The translations under genes were made by a program, and so were the position numbers. Below are positions 38,400 through 57,100 of a stretch of DNA of 63,765 nucleotides, in pieces. Under the pieces are notes generated by a model. It was not told the origin of the DNA. It saw only the letters and a list, made by a program, of their open reading frames with translations, and did not search any database. Positions within the stretch are counted from its first letter, which is position 1. Every line of letters begins with the position of its first letter. The stretch comes from Welwitschia mirabilis. Lineage: Eukaryota. The stretch spans positions 48,652,691 through 48,716,455 of the forward strand of contig JBOZIK010000001.1 in NCBI GenBank assembly GCA_051453625.1. The letters are read 5' to 3'.

Positions 38400-39290
38400 G
38401 TTCTTCATCTGACAGAATATCCTATTTATTTGCATGAGTAATTGGACCATTGATTGGGATCGAAGTTGGTTTCTTTTTGCGATCTTTTTTATTGACCTCT
38501 TGCTAGTCATTTTTTTCTACTTTCTCATTTTTCTTACATTTCTCCATCGTATGCCCATTTTCACCATACTTTGAACATTGCAATAGAATATTTTTGATTT
38601 CTAGGTTAAAAACCAATTCTCTCCACATAGTATCCATTTCATGTAAACACATGTTCTAGTCGTTGCCATTTTTACCATAAAATCTGTATTCCTATTAAGT
38701 TTAACAGACTATCCCAACAAATCACCAAGTTGCTTGATAAAATTTGGATGCCATATTTCTAGGAAAGGATTTGAGATGCAAATCCAGATCAACATCTTTT
38801 CAAAAATGGTGGGTATGTCAAGAATGAAAGGGAATTATTTGGTCAAGGATAAATCTTTATGCCCAAAAAACTAGGGCCCTCCTGCTAAAACCTTATTCAT
38901 TTCTTCTTTAGAATAAAAAATGAAATGTAATAACACATCTATGAGAGGGATTACCTTACAACTTGTAGGAGAATTTTGATTGTAGCATAGACGCACTTTT
39001 CAATGAACGAGAACCCTTCCAAGGATTGGAATTTGCCAATGAGGCTGTTTCTAAAATGAGCCTCGAGATGCTTTGAGGAGTTGATGGATATCTTTGCATG
39101 GATGATATTTCCTTCGCGCTTAAAATCAAAATCTAAGTTAGGGAAACTTTGAGGTTTGCTTTCCCCCACAGAATCTGGATAAGATTTAGTACCCAATAAT
39201 TCCATCGCCATTGGAGAATCGAGTCTCACTTCCAAAAGCACATTGAAGATGCCTTGCACCAAGGGTAAAAACCCTAAAAACTAAAAATTT
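38400..39290 (-). mobile_element. L1-clade LINE ORF1 remnant (DUF4283-like), degenerate
   Basis: Minus strand fragments HFRNSLIGKFQ, VLAGGP*FFGHKDLSLTK*FPF and IWICISNPFLEIWHPNFIKQLGDLLG follow the plant L1 ORF1 pattern (L+G+F; GPW.F...L..W.P.F; W+RI..LP.E.W....L..+G..LG). Boundaries approximate. Confidence 0.75.
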
Positions 39291-40448
39291 AATGACTTAA
39301 ATTTCAAAAGTTCATTTGTACTAAATTGTGTGAATCATTTGATCTTGACATTCCTAAGATTTCAATGAAAATACTTTAGCTTAGTTAATGCTTCCTAATG
39401 GTTTTGTAAATACTTTTTTCTATTTATATGCTTTCTTAACAATGTGATCTTTCCTCCCCATTAATGATGTGCTTAATGTGGTTTAATGAAGTTCACTTTG
39501 GTTCTTTCTTCTTTACCCTTTATTCTCACAATGCATTTTAAAGTAATAATAATACAAGTTATCTTATCTTATTAGAGTGACAATGTTGATAGGAAAGCTC
39601 TAGTATGTTGCAAATACTTAGCTTCATCCAGTTGATATTCCTGTACTTAGGACTATCTATTAGTTTGTGGGAGATTTTTATTAAGTTCTTTTGATAAGAT
39701 TTTCTACACTAATACATATAGTACATAAGTTTTAAAGTGCTCGTGTGTGATCTTCGCAGGTTAAAAATCTACTAAAAATAGATTTCAGACAAGAGCCATA
39801 GTTATTCAAATAATGCCACATATTGCATACAATCTTTAGTTTTAGATCTTATTTGACTTCAATTGCTTCTTTGGTAGTAAGAATAAAGTAATAATTAAAG
39901 GGAGAAAACATCTCAATATGTGAGCCTAGAATTTATTTTCCTCTACTTAATATATTTTTATATACTTCTTAATACCTAGTATTCTAATGGTTATATCCTT
40001 GTTCTAAGTGTTTCGAATGACTTTTATTTTTAGACTGTTTTCTGAATAAATTTATAGATTCCATATTGTGAGGGATGTCAAACCTAAAATTTTTAGTGAC
40101 CACCCCTCCTTATCAAGAGTATAGCCACAATGATTAACCAACTGAAGGACTTAAACTATGCTTAAAGCATCATAGTATGCCAAATAAAGTATTTAAAGAT
40201 TGATTTTACTGCCACATTGAAATGTGCAACACTAGACATGCTAGACATTTTGATGATTGAACTTGGCTTTATGGCACCATGATCATAATCATACCGAATA
40301 AAGGGAAATATTATATTACATAGATTTCATTAAAATAGATAGCATGGTTGTTACTATAAGGGTACTTCATGGTCTATGAAAATGAAATACGTTTATTATA
40401 GCCCTTCAAAATCATGAGCGAACAATACCAACAAACACTCTAGGGATT

Positions 40449-40528
40449 GAGCCTAAAGACCTTTTAAGGATACCCCGATTACCACTTGAGCTAAAGATCT
40501 TTTAAAGATACCCCAACTACCACTTGAA
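40449..40528. repeat. Two ~39-bp tandem copies upstream of MCM6
   Basis: CTAAAGACCTTTTAAGGATACCCCGATTACCACTTGA followed by CTAAAGATCTTTTAAAGATACCCCAACTACCACTTGA. Confidence 0.8.
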
Positions 40529-40751
40529 CTACATGTAAAAGACTCATAACAAACAAGCCAAATACCTAAAGGAAATATGCCTATTGCATTAATAATAGAT
40601 ATGGAAGTCATGACATGTTGCTAGTTTATTTTTATTTGTTCATGGAATTTTACTGATTTGCTTTTTTTTTTGTTTTTTTTTTTTTGTTCTTGAGCATCAC
40701 AACCATTTTTCATCCATCCTGTTCGTCAAGAGATAGGTCGTGCTTCTTCGT

Positions 40752-40777
40752 TTTCCCGCGCTTTTTTTAGCGGGAAA
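40752..40777. promoter_or_regulatory. Inverted pair of E2F/DP binding sites upstream of MCM6
   Basis: TTTCCCGC at 40752-40759 and its reverse complement GCGGGAAA at 40770-40777, about 150-170 nt before the ATG. Matches the canonical plant E2F element; MCM genes are established E2F targets. Confidence 0.88.
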
Positions 40778-40922
40778 CGCAGACCTAGATTTTGCGTCGT
40801 GAAGACGCAGACAGCGCTGTTGCACTCTATAATTCAGTCTCTGTTAGCCTTTTTTCGTTGCTGTTTCTTTGGTTTCCCCATTTCTATTGAGGGAGCTTTT
40901 CTCATTCATTCATCAAGCATCA

Positions 40923-46314
<5,392 letters not shown>

Positions 46315-47461
46315 TCTTGCTCAAAAAAGGTCATCATGCTTCCACCCCGGTTTGCAGTCTTATATGCTGCTTATTTTGTATTCCAACAGTAAACCAAAAA
46401 TAGCTGCCAGCAGTTTTTGTTCAACGCTCACACAATTGTTTGGTAGCTATGTTGGAACAGCTTTCTTTTCAAAGCTTTTCTGCCTTCTTGAAAGGGATTT
46501 CAAGTTCTTGAGTACAATAACCGAATGCCAGGTTTCATTCGGGGGATCTGTCTTACCACTTCTCGGACTTGTGAGGCATTTAACTCTGAAATCCTATTTT
46601 CAAGGTTTGTAGGCAGCTTTCATTAAAGAAATCTCATTTACTAGCGTCCTATCCTCTGTATGTACTTAAAGAAATTTCATACTTTTGATCTTTGATGAGA
46701 TTATTGGGGCTTTTTCGGTGAAACTTGATTTTGTGATGGGTTGAAAGAATATCCAGATAGAAAGTAAGTGGCACAAAATGTTAATTTTGCGCTCTAGAAA
46801 TTCTCTGATTTTTCTTGTTAAGCTCATTGTTGTAATTACTTATACTACTAACTGATCGAGCAATATGGAGACATTTTGTATTGTTTCAGCCTTGATTGAA
46901 ATGGAATGTATGTAAATGGCATAAAAATGTTGACCTTTGCCCTTAGGAAATTCTCTGTTTATTGGCATTCTAACTAAGAAATATTAGACATGTGGCAGTT
47001 TTCTTTCAAAACCAAGTTTGTTGAAATCACAATTAATGGCATTTCAAGTTGTCTATAAGATGAATAAAAAGATGTTGAAAACCCACATTGATTAGTTCAT
47101 AAAATCTCAGGGCCATATAACCTTGGCATTCTGTGATAGAAGAGGCTTCATGCAATCAAGAAACTGAAACCATTTGATTAATACAACTATCAACAATTAA
47201 TGATGGGACAAATCAATGTCGATAGAAACATGTCATAGTACAGGCTAATGTCCAAAGACTGTTTTATGTATTACTAGCTAGGTAATTTTAGTTGAGACTA
47301 TTATAGATTGACAATTAGTTGAGACCGCGTTCATTGTGTACTAATGGAAATTGTGTGTCCAAAGTACTTTTTGAATAGTATTTATTTTTATTTGTTAATA
47401 AAGGCTGTAATGACTGACTTTTTAGTTTTAGATAATGCCACAGGTTGTAGTTTAATTCTTA

Positions 47462-47600
47462 AGATGTCTCTCTTCAAATACAGGTTGTAGACTTAACTTT
47501 TGGATCATTTGCTTGGTTTCAGATTTAAGGTCTAGGAGGAGATGTCTCTCTTCAAACAAAGGTTGTAGACTTAAACTTTTGGATGATTTGCTCAGTTTTT
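47462..47600. repeat. Two ~79-bp tandem copies downstream of MCM6
   Basis: AGATGTCTCTCTTCAAA...AGGTTGTAGACTTAA(A)CTTTTGGAT at about 47462 and 47541. Confidence 0.8.
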
Positions 47601-47710
47601 AGGAAGCATAATTAAACCTTTCATTTGAGTGATTGTATTAGTTACACTCATGAGTAAAGATATGATTACTAGAAGTCTCGAGTTTGATAGCTGCTCCCTA
47701 TAATATTGTA

Positions 47711-47819
47711 TTGACAAAAGAGTAGTTGGTTTAATCCATGTTTATAATTTATGAGCCTTGATACCTTGGGTTCGAGTCCTCATCGTGTGTGGGTCGGTTT
47801 TTGATTCTACTTAAAAAGG
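47711..47819 (+). mobile_element. Probable tRNA-derived SINE remnant
   Basis: Consensus Pol III B box GGTTCGAGTCC at 47769-47779, a weak A-box-like TAGTTGGT at about 47723 and a short A run at the end. Flanked by an 11/12 direct repeat, TATAATATTGTA (47699-47710) and TATAATAATGTA (47820-47831). Confidence 0.5.
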
Positions 47820-49229
47820 TATAATAATGTAAGCTTTAACATTTTGTGTAGGAATTGGATGTAAAACACAAGGACATTTAATGGCTAGTTCCTTAGTTGA
47901 TAGGGCTATTTATAGGTTTTCCATTGGCTAAGGTGAGTATGGTATGATTTTCTATGAATTAAAAAAACAAAGGGAAAATATGNNNNNNNNNNNNNNNNNN
48001 NNNNNNNNNNNNNNNNNNNNNNNNNNNNNNNNNNNNNNNNNNNNNNNNNNNNNNNNNNNNNNNNNNNNNNNNNNNNNNNNNNNNNNNNNNNNNNNNNNNN
48101 NNNNNNNNNNNNNNNNNNNNNNNNNNNNNNNNNNNNNNNNNNNNNNNNNNNNNNNNNNNNNNNNNNNNNNNNNNNNNNNNNNNNNNNNNNNNNNNNNNNN
48201 NNNNNNNNNNNNNNNNNNNNNNNNNNNNNNNNNNNNNNNNNNNNNNNNNNNNNNNNNNNNNNNNNNNNNNNNNNNNNNNNNNNNNNNNNNNNNNNNNNNN
48301 NNNNNNNNNNNNNNNNNNNNNNNNNNNNNNNNNNNNNNNNNNNNNNNNNNNNNNNNNNNNNNNNNNNNNNNNNNNNNNNNNNNNNNNNNNNNNNNNNNNN
48401 NNNNNNNNNNNNNNNNNNNNNNNNNNNNNNNNNNNNNNNNNNNNNNNNNNNNNNNNNNNNNNNNNNNNNNNNNNNNNNNNNNNNNNNNNNNNNNNNNNNN
48501 NNNNNNNNNNNNNNNNNNNNNNNNNNNNNNNNNNNNNNNNNNNNNATGGTATGATTTTCTATGAATTAAAAAAAGAAAGGGAAAATATGCTGGTATCATA
48601 GTGGGTTCAAAAAACTCGTCTATAAGTTTTTTTTAAAATTTTTAGAACTAGTGTATTAATAGAACTAGATAAAGGGTAACACATTTAATAAATTTTAAAG
48701 GCACTGAGGATTCCATAATAGTTCCTTTGGTTTGGAGGAGGATATCCTTCATTACAAAATGGTCCTTTAAAAGCAACTTTTGAGATGATGTAAATGTTTA
48801 GTAAGTAATGGAATATTTAAACTTCCGTTTTTCCTCCTTTTTTGTGAGAGAAGGGTAACTTATATTAATAGGATAATATTTAGAGTGTACAAGTTCATAA
48901 AGTCAAGGATGTCCCAACCACTAGTTGATTTACATTACAATATTCTAAGCTTTTAAAATATGGCATGTTTGTTAGATAATACTAAAAGATTGGTTTTTAA
49001 TTTATATTTATTTTAAATAATAGTAAAATATTTGTGAAAGGTCAAACACCAGAAAAAAAGCAAAAGCTCCATAAGTAGAGTTCTTTTTTTTTTTCTTTTT
49101 TGGTTGTTAAGACTTTGTTATTCACAAATAACTGTAGTTGTTAAAGCTTAGTCATATAGGACTAGTTTCATTAATTAGCTTGAGTTTACTTGTTTTAAAA
49201 GTGAACATAAACAAGTTGATGCACACATA

Positions 49230-52200
49230 AGAGACTTGGTTGAAAATTTAAGTTATCTGCAAAGCATGCTCTAGAATTCTTAAAGAAATGGAGTTGTTTC
49301 TTCTTCTATAAGCCAAGAATATTATTGGAACAAAATGGGTATGAAAGAACTAGTTGGACGAGAATAGCAACATGTGTAAAACAAAGCAAGTTAGTTGCAT
49401 AGAGTTATTCTCTATAGGAATCTTTATTAAAGAAGAAGTTATGTAGCTTGATCTCTACATTTAGAGGATTCAAATCTCCACAACATGTGTATAGGCTCAA
49501 GAAAACATTACATGGCCACAAATAGGTTTGTAGGGTCTTGCATGAAGGATTAACAGACTTTCTCCTATCACATAATTTAATTTGTGTCAAGGTAGATAGT
49601 ACCTTGATTATTGAAAGAAATACAAAGGACACTTTGAGTATTCAAGTTTATGTAGATGACATAATTTTTGGTGCTACTAATGAAAAGACATCTATCAACT
49701 TGTTGATCTTATGTCTATTAGAAAATTGAATTTCTTTTTAGGGCTTCAGATCACACAATGCAAAGATGGTATATTCATTTGCCAAATCAAATCCCTAAGA
49801 GAAATATTGAAGAAATTTAAGATTAAGAATTGCAAGAGTATCAATACATTGATAGGCACTAATGCAAAGTTAAGTTTAGACACTACAAGTAAATTAGTTG
49901 ATCAAAATTATATAGAGATATGATTGGTAGTTTGCTTTATCTTATTGCAAGTAGACTTGATATAATGCTTAATGTTGGGATACGTGCTAGATATCAATTA
50001 AGTCCTAAAGAATCTTAGTAGTAGTATTTAAAACATGCTATGAATTTTGAGCTATGGTATCCACACAATGCTACTCTTTGGGCAAGATGTGTTAAGGACT
50101 TATAAAGTATGAGTGTAATATGTCAGTTCCTTAAAAGTTCTTAAGTCTTATGGGGAAGCAAAAAATAAAATTCGATATTTGTGTCAATTGCCAAGGGTAA
50201 ATACATTATAAGTGGTGCCTACTGTGCTTAATTGCTATGGATCAAATTGATGCCAAGTGACTATGGTACCTTTGCGGATTAAGAAAAGATACTATGTGAC
50301 AACAATGTTGCCATAAATATAAGATAGTCTTGTTCAAACACTCTTATACAAAGCATATCAACATCAAGCATCACTTCATTAGAGATCAAGCACAACATGA
50401 AGTTGTATCAATAAAATATATTAGCGTGGAAGAGCAACTCGCTGGCGTCCTCACTACACATTTGAATGAAGAAAAGTTTTCATCCCTTAGAATTAGCTTG
50501 AGATTTTGCAATAACCCAAGCCGTTGGTAGCTTAAACTGATTTATTGAGTTATTTGTATAGCTTATAGGTGTATAACTATTTAACATACGTATGTGACAT
50601 TTCTTAGATTATGCTCTAGCATTTTAAACTTACGCCTATGCCCTCAATATGCCTTCCAAAACCATGTTTCGTCATAGAGTGGTGCTTTGGAATCATCTTC
50701 ACTAGAAATCCTAGTTAACTCTAAACTTTCTTTGATTCTTTCAATTCTAGTCAACTACCCATACAATGGTTCGACCTAGTTTGTCTAAGCTCTGTTAAAA
50801 CATAGATATCCAATCAATTGAGATATAGTCTTAATAAAGTGAGTTGCTCTTGCGTTCTATAGACTAGAGATAACTTGGTCGATGAATATAATTTGGATCG
50901 ACTAAATATGATGGCCATTTTGTTATTTAAAGCCTGTCAACTAATATCTTATCTTAGGCAACCAATAGGAAATAAAACTTAAAAATAAAAAAAAATTGTC
51001 TAGTTCACATGCATTAAGTCCTCTTTTCTTTTTTTTCAAAAAACCCATTTCCCTTTCATACTTCGTGCTACATTTCATTTGCTTCACATTGTTCTCTACT
51101 ATGTTGTGCTCTTAGACTTGCACCATCTATTCCCGAAGTGGATTCTTCATCCAAAATGGTTAGCAAAAGGATTGTTGTGCAATGGAAAAAGAAAGCAAAG
51201 GAGCCAACTTTATCCTCCCAAATCTTGTTCATCTCAAAAGACGTGGAGTGTAATTCAAGGAGCCAACTTAATCCTCTCAAAGCTTGTTCATTTTAGTAAA
51301 AGTGTAACTCAATTGGGATCAATGTTTTTTTTAAGTGCTTAGTTAGCTTAGAGAGGTTAGTCAACTATGATTCCTTTTAGCATGAAGTTCCTCTTTTCTA
51401 ATTCTTTTAAAAACCCAAATGGAAATATCTATTGGGGCCCTTCATAGAATTTTTACCTAGGGTTTGTAGATTATTACATTAGACCCACAATGTTTGGGAA
51501 GCATGTTGAATTTTCTCCAAAGGATATATTTGAGATTACAAAGCTTCCATTAGAAGGAAAGGACATTTGGTTTTCTACAGTTAAAGAGTTAGTTATACTC
51601 ATTTCCATAAATGAGCTCACCTTAGCAATTTGTGGGAATGTTGACTAGAAATACAATATTCTAGCTAGAGATTTGCTACTAAGACTTGAGGTTGTTCATT
51701 ATATTTTTATATACACTTTACTGCCTAACTCACTACCTAACTCCAGTGATAGGGATGAGATAATACTATTCAGGACATAAGTTCTTTACTAATTTTAGAT
51801 CGAAAAGTCAGTTAATGTATGAAGGATTATTGTCAAAACCATATGTCAGCATTTTTCTTTAGGGTATCATTCATCATTACTCTATACTAGTTTAATTAAA
51901 GCAATGTGTTTTAGGAAAAATGTACCTATAGATTCATTTAAAGCAAAAGAGTCTCTAGTGAAGGCATTAGATAAACCTTCCTTGAGTAGGATGAAGTTGT
52001 TTTAGGACTGCATTGGTCCCTTAGCTCTAATCTATTTAGTAAGAGACCCTCAACTAAAGAAACAAGTGCTTCTCCAAAGGATTCATGAGGTAGTATTGGT
52101 CTGCAGGAGCTCTTTTGATTTTTCTAAGGAGTTATCACTAAAATTCAGAACATTCATACAACTAGTGCTAGAATTGACTCACAGAGACGTCGTATAGTTT

Positions 52201-54176
52201 AGGCTCTTTAGAATGGAGCATATGTTAGGGAGAGTCCCAATTACGTTAGGAGCTCTAGTGGGGGTGAAAATGCAAGATCAAATGATGGTAGTGGTTTAGC
52301 TAATGGGAGCTCTAGCTTTAATAATACTGTTTATCAAATGGTAATGGTGCTAGAACATAGCCAGTAGCCTTATCTTTCCCATCTTAACCTTTCTTCCTTT
52401 GCACCCATCTTATCCCTTGTTCCCCGTGAACTATCTTGTCAGATAGGTTTTGTCTTAATATTCACTATCTCTTTATCTAATCCTTTGGCTCATACCGAAA
52501 GGTACACTTGTGACATATATGTGATCATTTTTGTGATGAACTAATATATGTTAATATATAAATATATGCTTGTTTTCTAATAGCTGGTTGCATGGCTATG
52601 TATTACAATTATTTTTTATGCAACAAAGGTTTTAAGTGCATGAACGTTTCAATTCACATTAGAGACATTAATGCTTTCATATATAGTTACTTATTATATT
52701 TGTTGTGATTATTTAGTGAACTCATTAATGTTAGCTACTTGGTAGTTCCCTAAATGATTATAATTTGAAAAGCATACTTCACATGGTCTTTTCTGTGTTG
52801 CTTTTTCTCCCTATGTATTTTTAGACTTTTCAATTATGACAAAAGAGGGAAAAACAAGATGCATGCTAAGTCTACAAAGGGCACACTTATGATGCATGCC
52901 AAGTCATCATGAAAGGTATATCAATCATTGAGATCCATTGCCATGATTTCCTTGGTACATATTAAAAGCATTACACTTTGTAATAGGGCATAACTTTAAT
53001 AGGGAACATGTACCAAGTAAGAGAGTTTTGTCATCATTGAAAAGGGGAAGATTATGGGCACCTAAAGTAAGTTTCAATGACGACTAGTGATTGCTAGAAG
53101 ACTTAGGATGGTAAATTAAAAAATGATGCAATGCAATGATGGTGGTGATTCTGACTTAATAAAGTTTAAAGAAAAGATAATAAGACAATTTGTGCTAACT
53201 TTGAAATCCTACGACTTATGGTTAACCAATCTATATTTGAGTTATGTTTGGGTCAACCGACTTGCATTTGGGTTGATCAACCATAGAAGTGTGTAGACTG
53301 ACTTATTCTTAGTCACTCTTTACAATTGTCTAAGTCAGTAAACTGTCCTATTAAGTAGGTTAACCAACTTGCTTACAGTTTTTACATGTTAGATATTCAA
53401 TGGACTAATCTTGATGTAGGTTTTTCTATTAATGCAAAGTGTTTATCATCAATTACCTTGACAATGATTGATAAACTAAAGACTGATAGAAAAGGTAGTC
53501 AAGAATTTTCTCCTAGGGATAAGCAATCTTTAATTGTAATAGAAGATCTTCGATCAACTAAGGAAGCTTAGAGTTTTGCACTAGCTATCCCCTAGCTCTA
53601 CTCCTACATAAGTGTTCAATCTTTCATTCTAGATGCTAATGGTCTGCTTGACAATCATTCTTTTATACTTGTGAAGCTCTATCCAATGGCTATCTATTAC
53701 AATTATTAATCCTTGCTTCCTAAGCCAACCTACTATATTCTTATCATTTATATTTTGAGCCTACTTGTTTGCATCTATATTTCTAAGCCTAAAGGTTGAA
53801 TCTATGCTAAAGGCACATCATTAGAACTTCTATTTTTCATTTGTAGTTTAACGTAGCAATATAAAGATTCATTGATAAAACTTTGAATGGGGAATTTCTT
53901 GATTTTCCTTGCAAAGTAAGATTTGTTGAACTTAAGAGAACTAGAGGCTGTGAATTTTGATTTCCCCTGCAAGTGGGGTAGGAGAAATCCAAATCACTAT
54001 AAAAATTGATTGTGTGATTGTCTTGTTTTAAATTTGTTTATGACTGCATATTATTCTCAAGCATTATGATAAACATGTTAGATGGTTCTATTCCTAGTAT
54101 TTTCACTAAAGAACTTTTGGATAGTAAAAGTTGGGAACTCTAATCGCCCTCCTCTAGACTTCTTTGCAGAATGACA
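49230..54176 (+). mobile_element. Ty1/copia Sirevirus-like element, 3' half: RT, RNase H, extra-ORF region, multiple PPTs, 3' LTR
   Basis: IIGTKWV; IQVYVDDIIFGATNE; LNFFLGLQITQCKDGIFICQ; HSYTKHINIKHHFIRD...EEQLAG. About 2.5 kb separates pol from the LTR. PPT-like ATTATGACAAAAGAGGGAA (about 52833) and TCATCATTGAAAAGGGGAAGAT (53031-53052). LTR about 53053-54176 with C-rich CTAATCGCCCTCCTCTA near its end. Confidence 0.85.
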
Positions 54177-57100
54177 CCTAGGTCCTTCTTCTTTGAAGGG
54201 CACTACTCCTTGCCACTTTAGAGTTAGTCTTCATCTCCTTGTAACCTCTTTCCTTGTTCATTTTTACAACCTCAATCCTTAGGAGTCCTACACGATCTTG
54301 CATTTTTGAGTTATTCTCCTTAATGGGTCTTAAGTCTCCATGAGTATAAGGAGTCCATATCCCTCTCTTTGCCTCATTATTAAGAGGAAACATTTATCAT
54401 TTTTTAGTGTTCAAATTGTTCCTCATCTCATCTTCCTTGTCCAACACCTCCTTGTGTCTCCTAACACTTACCTAAATTCTTGTAGTGCATATTACAACCA
54501 ATGCATGAGTAACAACATAGCGTCCATGCTAGTGACCATTACAACTAATAGGTGCTCATCCTCTATGGGATGTTAAAAGAGTTCCAAGGTTACACCAAAT
54601 CATGGAGATGTGCTAGACTTAAGCAAGCCAACCCACAAAACTACACATAAGGTGAGTACAAGCCTACTGCCTTATAAGGCAATTAATATTTTGGTAACAG
54701 GATCTCCTCTAGTGCTAGAAAGGGCACTAATAAGTTGTACTCTGGTGCTACACTTAGGGAATACGAAAACCCTAGTGGAAACCTAATTAGATGTGTTTGT
54801 TTACAAAAGCAAGCTCTATCATTTGAAAAGTAGAGGAAAAATAAAATCGTTTTTAGAAATCTTGCTATTGGTCTTTCTTACTCATTTTGCTTAAGAAGAT
54901 TTCCTACATGGAGTATCAAAGCACTTGTTGCTTTTACATTTGGTGTCAGAGCTTAGGCTAGGGTTCCTAAGATTCTTAAGAGTTTACATGCTTTTTTGCA
55001 TGCCTTGCATGCCTATTTTACCTAAAGTTACAGGTTTTCTTTTGTGTTTGCAAGTCTCTTTTAGCCTTGTTTTGGTCTATACCTTTCTATTAAGGATTTC
55101 AGAGTTTTGGGTCTTTGGCTTTGCAGGTTTATTTAGACTAGGTGTGCTAGTTTACTTTTACATCCAGTTTTGCCTCTGCATACTATTTTTTGGTTCTATA
55201 AGTCCTCTCGTATTTTCTTCGCATGTTATTTTCTTTGCATGTAATTTTTTTTTTTTTGGTTTCAACTTGGAACAACTCCTCTGTTGGCTGCCTTCATATT
55301 CATTTTTGTCCAGGAGGAGACAGAAACGGATTTCTGCGGGAATCGTAAATTTAGAAAATCTTAAGCATGGCTATAGTTTCAGCTTGTTTGTTCCTACTCG
55401 GCCACATGCTGCAACATTTCTACCAACTTCGTATGTGATAGCCACATCCTTGTAGCCATTCCTCACGCTGTGCCACTCTTCACGCGCTGAAACCTTAGTT
55501 CCTAAGCTTATACTACCAACCGCGCTGCACTCGCTGCAATCGCAGCCAGCCAAACTTTCGCAAAAGCCTATTGTCACTTATTTCCATTCTGGAGCACAAG
55601 CAGAGGCACCTCATCCAACAATCTCTTCTCATCGCACTAAACACAAACCTCGCGCCTCTGGTTTGAAGAAGGATACCACTCTTTCTCGATCGCCGACTCG
55701 AGATTCCGCCCGTTTGTGTTGGCTAGACAAGGTTCTCTGTCAGTCTTCTTCTACAGTTTTTCTTTAAAGAGATAACAAGAAGGCCGGGCTTCTTGTTTCT
55801 GTTGCCTCCATCTCTGCAGCGTCTATTAAACATCGAGCTCTTTCGTGCAGCAGCGTCGCCTTTACTTCCGCTACCAACTGCATCGTGCAGGAAGCGTCTA
55901 TGATTCTACTAGCCCTGCCATTCAAGGAGGTATTCACCGAGACGAGCATAACACCTGCTTCCGTCTTTCAGATGAGTCGAAACTGTAGATTTTTCCCCTT
56001 TCGTAGCGTCTGCTTCATTTCATCCTTATTAACATTGCTGCCGTTCCTCTTTTGCTTGTTATTTTGTTGGATTGCAGCATTTCTCGCGTGACAAGTAGTC
56101 ACCTCCAACTGCTAGTCAGCTGCGCAACGCTGCTTATTCATTGACGGCGTTGGCATTGGCTCTGTATTCTAACAGCGTTTCTGCTGTTTTGTTTGGCCAT
56201 TCAAATTCAGCAATTGTTGCCTTCGATGATTAATGGTCTGGTTTTTCATAATATTGAAGACCATAAGTGGTGCGTTACAATAGCAAGAGATACTAGCTAT
56301 AGGAGGATGGTGACTAAAATTCGTCGCTGCAAATTAGATGGCATGCAATTATCTTAAACAGGGCAATTTCACTTGGCACTTCAATCCTAATCTATGCACA
56401 TGCAAAACTGCTCTTCTTTTTAGTAGTTTTTGTTGAGCCTGAGAGCTTGTGCTTGGTGTTAGCTTTTAGTCCTTTTCTATGTGCTTCTATTTTTGGTTGA
56501 GGTTTTAGCTCATTTTAGCGTGCATTCACTTTTAAGTGCATTTTCTAGCTTTTTCTTTTTTCTTTTTGGATTTTTGGGGTAAAATTTTATAATTGTAAGC
56601 CCATTTAATCTTCCAATTTTTGCATTAAGTCAAGTTAGGATGAGCAGCAAGATCCATTTAGCTTGATTTTTTTACTTAAACCTATTTTTATGATTTGGAT
56701 AAATTAAACTAAGTGGGATGTTGAGTGAGATCTACGTAGCTTAACTATACCATAATTAGTGCCCTTTTTTTGTGTTTTTTGGTCTTTTACTTCCTCTTTT
56801 TACATACTCAAAATTTTATTAATCCTATTAAATAAAAAGGAAAATTACTTTCGCCTCTGAACACTTAACATACTTTACTGGCAATAAGATGGGGAGCCTT
56901 AGGTCAGACATCTATCCCTGTCAAGCTATGCCACCCTTTGAGGTTATTGTGCAGTCTTTGACAACCATAACTATGTAGTTCGGGTCATATAGAAAGTTGT
57001 CTTAAGCAAAAACATTCCGGGCATCCCTGAGTCCAAATTCTCGCACATGCCTTAATAATCAAGGGTGTATTGGGTGAAGACCAGAGTCATAATAGTAGAG

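Noticed and set aside
47723-47785. Functional tRNA gene
   Set aside because: Only the B box is convincing and no cloverleaf stems could be formed, so it is treated as SINE-like.
47939-48589. 44-bp direct repeat flanking an N gap, and long ORFs across it
   Set aside because: The copies abut the gap and differ by one base, typical of an unmerged overlap or heterozygous bubble. The ORFs are made of X residues.
54925-55455. 176-aa hydrophobic ORF suggesting a membrane protein
   Set aside because: It has a non-ATG start, spans the LTR end and PBS, and its hydrophobicity follows from the T-rich leader.
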